Made by a program: the position numbers and the translations under genes | Part shown: piece after piece, positions 57,719 to 64,000 of the stretch | How the letters are laid out: every line of letters begins with the position of its first letter | How positions within the stretch are numbered: position 1 is the stretch's first letter | Notes under the pieces: model-generated | Databases searched by the model: none | What the model was told of the DNA's origin: nothing | The model's input: only the letters and a program-made list of their open reading frames with translations | NCBI GenBank assembly: GCA_027006785.1 | Contig: JALTFR010000032.1 | Location: 67,685 to 131,684 of the forward strand | Direction: 5' to 3' | Length of the DNA: 64,000 bases | Origin: Thermoplasmata archaeon | Lineage (GTDB): Archaea > Thermoplasmatota > Thermoplasmata > WALJ01

Positions 57719-58648
57719 ATGCCCTCCCCCGAGGAATTGAAGGAAAGGATACTACGGCTCAAGGAAGAGCGAAACGCCGTTATTCTGGCCCATAACTATC
57801 AGATACCGGATATCCAGGATATTGCGGATTTTCTTGGGGATTCGCTGGCACTCGCCATAAAGGCCAGGGAGATTGAGGAAGATGTCATAGTCTTCTGCGG
57901 CGTTGATTTCATGGCAGAGACAGCTGCCATATTGAACCCTGATAAGACCGTGATAATCCCTGATACAAAGGCGAAGTGCCCTCTGGCAGGCATGGTGGAT
58001 GCCGAAGGGCTGAGAAAAATGAAGGAGGAGCATCCAGACGCTGCGGTGGTCTCATATGTGAACACAACGGCCGAGACGAAGGCGCTCTCCGATTACTGCT
58101 GCACCTCAGCCAACGCTGTTGAGGTCGTTAAAGCCGTACCTAACAAAAAGGTCATATTCACTCCCGATAGGAATCTGGGCGCCTATGTGAGGTCCCAGGT
58201 GAAGGACAAGGAGATAATACTCTGGCCGGGATTCTGTGCTACCCACGATGCCCTGCGCGTGGAGGACTTCATGCAATTGAAAAAGGAGCATCCTGAGGCT
58301 GAGATACTCGCGCACCCCGAGTGCAGGCCCGAGGTCCTTGAGATAGCGGACCATGTATTCTCCACGGGCGGAATGGTGAAGCATGTGCGCTCCTCTTCAA
58401 AGAAGGAGTTCATAGTTGGCACGGAGAAGGACATGGCATATCGCCTGAAGAAGGAGAATCCTGACAAGATATTCTACACCCTAGACAGGGCCATATGCCC
58501 CACGATGAAGAAGATAACCCTTGAGAACCTTCTGGAAGCGCTCGAGAACATGGCCCCTGTCGTTAAGGTTCCGGAGGAACTGGCCGAAAAGGCAAGGGTT
58601 CCCATAGAGCGGATGATAGAGATAGGAAGGGGAGAGAGGACCGGTTAG
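57719..58648 (+). CDS. nadA: Quinolinate synthase
   Basis: ILAHNYQ, GDSLAL, FCGVDFMAE, YVNT, CTSAN, AHPEC, CPTMK. Confidence 0.96.
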   Translation: MPSPEELKERILRLKEERNAVILAHNYQIPDIQDIADFLGDSLALAIKAREIEEDVIVFCGVDFMAETAAILNPDKTVIIPDTKAKCPLAGMVDAEGLRKMKEEHPDAAVVSYVNTTAETKALSDYCCTSANAVEVVKAVPNKKVIFTPDRNLGAYVRSQVKDKEIILWPGFCATHDALRVEDFMQLKKEHPEAEILAHPECRPEVLEIADHVFSTGGMVKHVRSSSKKEFIVGTEKDMAYRLKKENPDKIFYTLDRAICPTMKKITLENLLEALENMAPVVKVPEELAEKARVPIERMIEIGRGERTG

Positions 58649-58676
58649 TTTTTTAATCTCCGGCATATCCCACATC

Positions 58677-59735
58677 GTGCGTTATATCTATGCTCTGTGT
58701 ACATGGGGCTTGGGCCATGCGTCCCGTTCTCTGCCTGTTATGAGGGCACTTCTGAAAGAAGGCCATGAGATAACCATACTGACATCCGGCAGAAGCCTGA
58801 GGATGCTCAGGAATGAGTTGGGCGATTCGGTGGAATATGTGGACCTCGTATCCTATCCCGACCCATACTCGGCCGGGCGCTTTTCATTCTACCTCAAGTT
58901 CGGGCTCAAGGTCCCAGGCATGATAAGGACATTCAGGAAGGAGCACGAGATAGTGAAGAAACTGATGGAGGAGAAAAAATACCACCGTATAATCTCTGAC
59001 AACCGCTACGGTGTTTACAGCCACAGAATACCATCGTTCCTGATAACCCACCAGTTGAGGCTCATAGCGCCAAAGAGGATAGGCTTCATAGAGAGGATAG
59101 GGGAGCGCTTCGTTGCCGCATATCAGGACGATTTCGACGCATTCATAGTTCCTGATGATGAGGAGGGAACTCTTTCCGGGGAACTTTCACACGATCTGCG
59201 CTACCTTCCAAAGAAGAAAATACTGTACTCCGGCCCGCTTTCCGACTTCTCCAGAAAGGAGACGGAGCAGGACATAGACCTGCTGATATCCATATCCGGC
59301 CCGGAGCCACAGAGAAGCCTTTTCGAGAGGATCGTTCACGACGAGCAAAAGAATTTTCCGAAGAACACCGTGATAACCCTTGGAAAGAGCGAGACATTCA
59401 AAGAAGGCAGCTGGAAGAGCGCGAAGGTCTACACATATCTCAGCAAGGAGGAGAGGGAGGACATAATGAACCGCTCGAAGCTCATACTCTCCCGCTCAGG
59501 ATATTCCACGATAATGGACCTAGCCATCCTGGGAAAGAGGGCCATATTCGTTCCGACACCCGGTCAGACAGAGCAGGAATATCTTTCCGACTACCACATG
59601 GAGAAAGGGACATATTACTCAATGGACCAGTCCGTCTTTTCCCTGAGGAAAGCTTTATCAGAATCTAAGAGATACAGTGGAATAGCGATGGACGGCAGGA
59701 AGTCCGTGGAAAGGATACTTGACCTGGTGGGATGA
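58677..59735 (+). CDS. GT-B glycosyltransferase (MurG/GT28-like)
   Basis: WGLGHASR, ISDNRYG, ITHQL, SGPEPQR, SRSGYSTIMD, PTPGQTEQEYL. Confidence 0.88.
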   Translation: MRYIYALCTWGLGHASRSLPVMRALLKEGHEITILTSGRSLRMLRNELGDSVEYVDLVSYPDPYSAGRFSFYLKFGLKVPGMIRTFRKEHEIVKKLMEEKKYHRIISDNRYGVYSHRIPSFLITHQLRLIAPKRIGFIERIGERFVAAYQDDFDAFIVPDDEEGTLSGELSHDLRYLPKKKILYSGPLSDFSRKETEQDIDLLISISGPEPQRSLFERIVHDEQKNFPKNTVITLGKSETFKEGSWKSAKVYTYLSKEEREDIMNRSKLILSRSGYSTIMDLAILGKRAIFVPTPGQTEQEYLSDYHMEKGTYYSMDQSVFSLRKALSESKRYSGIAMDGRKSVERILDLVG

Positions 59736-60346
59736 AAATGGATACGAATGATATATGTGAGCACCTGAAGAACGACGGGGTCATCGTTTACCCGACCGAT
59801 ACATTGTACGCTCTGGGCGCTCTCGCGTTCTACCATGAAAAGGCCATAATGAAGGTCTTTGAACTGAAGAGGATGCAGCCAAAGGTGCTCAGCGTTGCAT
59901 TCCCAGACTTTGCGACAGCAAGGAAGTACGCCGATGTTCCCCATGAGTTCTCCCACATATTCCCTGCGCCGCTGACGGTCATCGCACATTCATACTCCAG
60001 ATGGAACCATGTGACCCTACATGATAAGATGGCAATCAGGATACCGGCCAACGACACGGCCCTGGAACTTCTGAGGGAATGCGGGCCCATGACGGCGACG
60101 AGCGCCAACATACACAACGGCCCGAACCTGACACTTCAGGAGATAAAGGAGACATTCGGAGATGAGGTTCTCATAGTCGATGGGGAGGAACCGAAGTACA
60201 TGCAGCCGTCCACCATCGTGGATGTGGTTGAGGGAAAGGTAGTCAGGGCAGGAGCATATCCAGTGCATCAGATACCCAGACACACAGAACGGCGGGAGAG
60301 GAACCCATCGGGCTTGCCATATCCGATGGACGAGATACTGCGCTAG
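59732..60346 (+). CDS. sua5: L-threonylcarbamoyladenylate synthase (TsaC/Sua5/YrdC family, single domain)
   Basis: YPTDTLYALG, AIRIP, TATSAN, PSTIVD, RAG. Confidence 0.85.
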   Translation: MKMDTNDICEHLKNDGVIVYPTDTLYALGALAFYHEKAIMKVFELKRMQPKVLSVAFPDFATARKYADVPHEFSHIFPAPLTVIAHSYSRWNHVTLHDKMAIRIPANDTALELLRECGPMTATSANIHNGPNLTLQEIKETFGDEVLIVDGEEPKYMQPSTIVDVVEGKVVRAGAYPVHQIPRHTERRERNPSGLPYPMDEILR

Positions 60347-61320
60347 AGGTAGCCGTACCTTTTCAGAGTATCGCCGAGAACCTCATTGACCACCTTTATT
60401 TCGTCGGGTCTCAGGTCCTTCTTCCACCTTCCGACATGCCCTTTGCTCAGGTCTATGTCCATCATCTTTTTCTCGAACCCTATCCCGAGAAAATCACATA
60501 TCTTCCTCAACTCTTTTTCAGGGTTCTTTATGGCATCCTCCATCCTCACCTCATAGTATGACCCGTCCGGCATCTTCCTCTTCTCTTCTTCCCATTTGTC
60601 GAGTATGTTCCTTATCCAGATGGCATTGTCGTGAGCGCTGTTACCACCCCATGACTTGCTTTTGTAGGAACTGACCACATCTCTCATGTCCCGGTAGATG
60701 TGTATGAGTTTCATATGAGGGAACATCTCCAGAAGGAATGTTGCGTGCAAGATGTTGAAGGGCGTGTGGTCCAGCCACATAGTCTTTCCTGCCCTTTTCA
60801 TGGCATGATATGTGAGATGGTTCACAAAATCTCCGGAGATATGTGCAATCTCCTCTCTTTCAAACCTATTTGCAACATAGACCTTCGGGGATAGATGCGC
60901 TCCACTGCCGGTCCAGAACCCTTTGAACTGACGCTCCACCACCTTTTCCATGAAAGCATCGAACTCGCTGATGAATTCCTTTCTCGGCATTATATCACGA
61001 TAAGATACCCATTGTGCGTACATGGGCATAGACATTCCGAGTCTTTTAATCATCTGTCCGCCAATCCTCCTTACCTGTCCCTTTAGCACGGGGGGATATA
61101 TCTGTTTGAGCATCATCTCCCTGAAATCCCGTATCGCTCTGTCGGCCTTCCAGGGCGACCACTGGTCGGAGAGCGCGGGCACGAGGTCTATCAGCCCGTG
61201 AGGATCTATCATGAACCTTGTCTCGAACGGATACCGGTATATTTTGGAATGAAGCCCCAGTATCTGAGACATGATGGTGGTCCCGCTCCGCCCCGTTCCT
61301 CCGATGAATATCTGTCTCAC
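60343..61320 (-). CDS. PAPS-dependent sulfotransferase
   Basis: FIGGTGRSGTT (5'PSB), RDMRDVVSS (3'PB), E.....PEKELRKICDFLG, GRWKK. Confidence 0.9.
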   Translation of the reverse strand: MRQIFIGGTGRSGTTIMSQILGLHSKIYRYPFETRFMIDPHGLIDLVPALSDQWSPWKADRAIRDFREMMLKQIYPPVLKGQVRRIGGQMIKRLGMSMPMYAQWVSYRDIMPRKEFISEFDAFMEKVVERQFKGFWTGSGAHLSPKVYVANRFEREEIAHISGDFVNHLTYHAMKRAGKTMWLDHTPFNILHATFLLEMFPHMKLIHIYRDMRDVVSSYKSKSWGGNSAHDNAIWIRNILDKWEEEKRKMPDGSYYEVRMEDAIKNPEKELRKICDFLGIGFEKKMMDIDLSKGHVGRWKKDLRPDEIKVVNEVLGDTLKRYGYL

Positions 61321-62609
61321 ACTATCACCCCCGATCCTATTCTGATGTGCGGGGTTTTCAATTTTCTGTCTATCGTCCTTCTTCCATCTATAATGGCCTC
61401 CAGCCCAAAGGAATCGTAGTCAATGCTCTTGAACTCGTCCCAGTCCGCCTGTATCATGCATACATCGGCATCTTTCAGGGCAGATTCTGCGCTCTCCGCA
61501 TATTCTATCTCAGGAAATACCTGTTTGAAGTTATCCATGGCCTTCGGGTCATAGGCTATTACCTGAGCGCCCTTTTCAATGAGGCCTTTGACAAGGGGCA
61601 TCGCACGGCTCTCCCTTATGTCGTCCGTATCTGGCTTGAACGCAAGGCCGAGGACAGACACCTTCTTTCCATTCAGATCTCCCACCACTTTCTCAGCCAG
61701 TTCAATCATCCTGAGCGGCTGCCTTTCGTTGAGTTCAAGAACCTCCTCCAGAAGTTCAGGCTCATACCCGTTCTCCTTTGCCAGAGAAACGATGGCTTTC
61801 ACATCTTTGGGGAAGCATGAGCCTCCGAAACCAGCACCTGCGTTCAGGAAATACGGAGAAATGCGGTGGTCCATCCCCACGCCTTCCATAACATCGTAGA
61901 CCTCTATACCAAGCCTGTCGCAGATGTTCGCTATCTCGTTTGCGAAGCTTATCTTCGTTGCAAGGAATGAGTTCGCGGTGTACTTTATCATCTCGGCGGT
62001 GGTCGGTGTTGTAACAAGTATAGGCGCGTCTATTCTCTCATATATCTCGCGGAGCAGGTCTTCGCTCCTTTCATCCAGCACTCCGAGAACTATTCTGTCC
62101 GGGTTCATGCTGTCTTCGAGCGCCACGCCTTCTCTCAGAAATTCGGGGTTCATTGCCACGCTGAATCCCTCTCCTGCCTTCTTTCCGCTCTCCTTTTCAA
62201 CTATCGGAAGAACAAAGCCCTCAGTGGTCCCCGGAACAACGGTGCTCTTCACCACTATTAGATGCCATCCCTTTTCTGCGATGGCTTTTCCCATGTCCCT
62301 TGAAACGCTCTCTATGTATCTCAGGTCTATGCTCCCGTCATCTCTGGAGGGTGTTCCGACGGCTATGAATGTGACATCCGTGCCCTTAACGGCCTCTTTC
62401 ATATCGGTCGTCGCCCTTATCTTCCCTTCCTTCACGAGTTTTGAGAGAAGGTCGTCCATTCCCTTCTCATAGATCGGAGATTTTCCGGAATTGACCATCT
62501 CGACCTTTTCAGGTATCACATCCACGAGGATGACATCGTGGCCGAGACTTGCGAAGGTGACTCCTGTGACCAGACCCACATAGCCGGTTCCTGCAATGGA
62601 GATGCGCAT
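61317..62609 (-). CDS. ugd: UDP-glucose/GDP-mannose dehydrogenase family
   Basis: GTGYVG, AVGTP, KSTVVPGT, NPEFLREG, GFGGSCFPKD, AFKPDTDDIRES. Confidence 0.93.
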   Translation of the reverse strand: MRISIAGTGYVGLVTGVTFASLGHDVILVDVIPEKVEMVNSGKSPIYEKGMDDLLSKLVKEGKIRATTDMKEAVKGTDVTFIAVGTPSRDDGSIDLRYIESVSRDMGKAIAEKGWHLIVVKSTVVPGTTEGFVLPIVEKESGKKAGEGFSVAMNPEFLREGVALEDSMNPDRIVLGVLDERSEDLLREIYERIDAPILVTTPTTAEMIKYTANSFLATKISFANEIANICDRLGIEVYDVMEGVGMDHRISPYFLNAGAGFGGSCFPKDVKAIVSLAKENGYEPELLEEVLELNERQPLRMIELAEKVVGDLNGKKVSVLGLAFKPDTDDIRESRAMPLVKGLIEKGAQVIAYDPKAMDNFKQVFPEIEYAESAESALKDADVCMIQADWDEFKSIDYDSFGLEAIIDGRRTIDRKLKTPHIRIGSGVIV

Positions 62610-62677
62610 ACACCGGCATCGAAGCCTCTATTAAATATCTTCCCCAATCTTCTTATATGCAGGTGCGATGCAGTACC

Positions 62678-63523
62678 GTGAAAGCAGTCATACCGGTAGC
62701 CGGTCTGGGAACGAGGATGCTGCCCTTAACAAAATCGCAGCCAAAGGAGATGCTGCCCGTTTACGACCGGCCCGCGATACAGTATGTGGTGGACGAGGCC
62801 ATAGATTCCGGGATAAAGGACATACTGCTGATAACCGGCAAGGGAAAGAGGGCTATAGAGGACTATTTCAGCCCGAATCTTGAACTTGAGAACTTCCTTC
62901 GCGAGAAGGGAAGGGAGGACGATATACCTCTCATTCGGAACATATCTCCGGGTGTTGACATATACTATGTCCGTCAGAAGGAGCCACGGGGGCTGGGTGA
63001 TGCGGTGATGTACGCTGAAAAGCATGTGGGAACCGAACCCTTCATGGTGCTTCTCGGCGATGACCTGATACTGAACGATGTGCCGGCCAGCAGGCAGATG
63101 ATGGAGGCATACTGGAAATACGACGCTCCGGTCCTTGCGGTGGAGAAGGTGCCGCATGAGGATGTATCCAGGTACGGCATAATCGCGCCCGGAAATGAAC
63201 TTGAGAAAGGCGTCTTCCAGGTGGAAGGGATGGTGGAGAAACCTGAGCCTGATGATGCACCCTCCGATTACGGCATAATCGGCCGATACCTGCTGACCCC
63301 CGAGATATTCACATACCTCCGTGAAACAAAACCCGATAGAAAGGGCGAGATACAGCTAACAGACGCGCTCCGCAGGTACAACAGGGAGCATCCCATGGTC
63401 GCCGTTGAACTCGATGGTCTCAGGCTCGATGTCGGAGGCATGGAGGGATGGCTCATGGCCAATATAAAGGCCGCCATCCTGAAGGAGCCGTCCCTGGCCG
63501 GTAGAATAAAGAAGGAACTATAG
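62678..63523 (+). CDS. galU: UTP-glucose-1-phosphate uridylyltransferase
   Basis: KAVIPVAGLGTRMLP.TK.QPKEMLP, QKEPRGLGDA, VEKP, EIQLTDAL; GTG start about 25 nt after a TATA-like box. Confidence 0.93.
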   Translation: MKAVIPVAGLGTRMLPLTKSQPKEMLPVYDRPAIQYVVDEAIDSGIKDILLITGKGKRAIEDYFSPNLELENFLREKGREDDIPLIRNISPGVDIYYVRQKEPRGLGDAVMYAEKHVGTEPFMVLLGDDLILNDVPASRQMMEAYWKYDAPVLAVEKVPHEDVSRYGIIAPGNELEKGVFQVEGMVEKPEPDDAPSDYGIIGRYLLTPEIFTYLRETKPDRKGEIQLTDALRRYNREHPMVAVELDGLRLDVGGMEGWLMANIKAAILKEPSLAGRIKKEL

Positions 63524-64000
63524 CTCTATTTTTCTTCCTGTCTTTGCCGATTCCATGGCCTTTTCTATCAGTTCCACAGCGTTCATTCCGGAATACATAT
63601 CGGCCACAGGCATCTTCCTCGATTCTACGGATGACACGAAGTCCCTCAGTTCCTCTTTCAGAGGCTCTTTATATGGGATCGTCACGGTTCTCATGCCCTC
63701 GTTCCGAAGTGTAAAATCACCGCCTTCATCATTCAGCCCGCTCTCGTATATCTCGATGATATCTGGCTTCAGGTAGTCTATGCGCGCCGACATCCCTTCG
63801 CCTGTTATCTGGAACTCCCGTACCTTGTTCCCTATCGGGGATAGCCAGCTCTCGAAGATGTATCCTGTGACATCTCCGTAATCCATCCTGAGATGCGCCA
63901 CATCCTCTATCCCTTCCCAGATGTTCTCCTCGATGCTGCACAGCACGCTGTCAGCCTTCCTTTCAAGGACATATGAGTATGTGTCCACATCGTGTATCGC
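63518..64000 (-). CDS. Gfo/Idh/MocA oxidoreductase, C-terminal part (truncated by window edge)
   Basis: AIHDVD, SWLSP...K.R, EPLKEELRDFV, SAKTG. Confidence 0.82.
   Translation of the reverse strand, partial: AIHDVDTYSYVLERKADSVLCSIEENIWEGIEDVAHLRMDYGDVTGYIFESWLSPIGNKVREFQITGEGMSARIDYLKPDIIEIYESGLNDEGGDFTLRNEGMRTVTIPYKEPLKEELRDFVSSVESRKMPVADMYSGMNAVELIEKAMESAKTGRKIEL

Overview
Archaeal chromosomal segment. A Thermoplasmata (Aciduliprofundum/DHVE2-like) origin is inferred from gene content (aIF-1A/Rio1/Dim2, PriS, pantoate kinase, Taw1, Cgi121, eukaryote-type GlyRS), GGTGA/GAGG ribosome-binding sites and apparently leaderless starts. It holds about 60 densely packed CDS, mostly housekeeping, plus large N-glycosylated surface proteins and a glycan/sulfotransferase cluster at the right end. 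I found no tRNA, rRNA, CRISPR array, integrase or transposase. Main unexplained signals: (1) a stand-alone protein fusing a Cdc48/VAT-type N domain to a vWA domain and an acidic tail, with no ATPase; (2) a 6.3-kb islet with a 2039-aa adhesin-like gene bracketed by a 34-bp direct repeat that duplicates the overlapping 3' ends of two convergent genes; (3) a divergent Acr3/USP versus regulator/radical SAM-SPASM/PBP2-like/NifX-like module with a palindromic operator candidate; (4) a degenerate ~85-bp copy of the asparagine-synthetase gene next to a possibly structured intergenic element; (5) a CBS-HPF hibernation-factor fusion; (6) a frameshifted metallopeptidase-ComEA HhH gene; (7) a low-GC mosaic cassette at the left edge. 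All assignments come from motif recognition by eye; no database searches were run.
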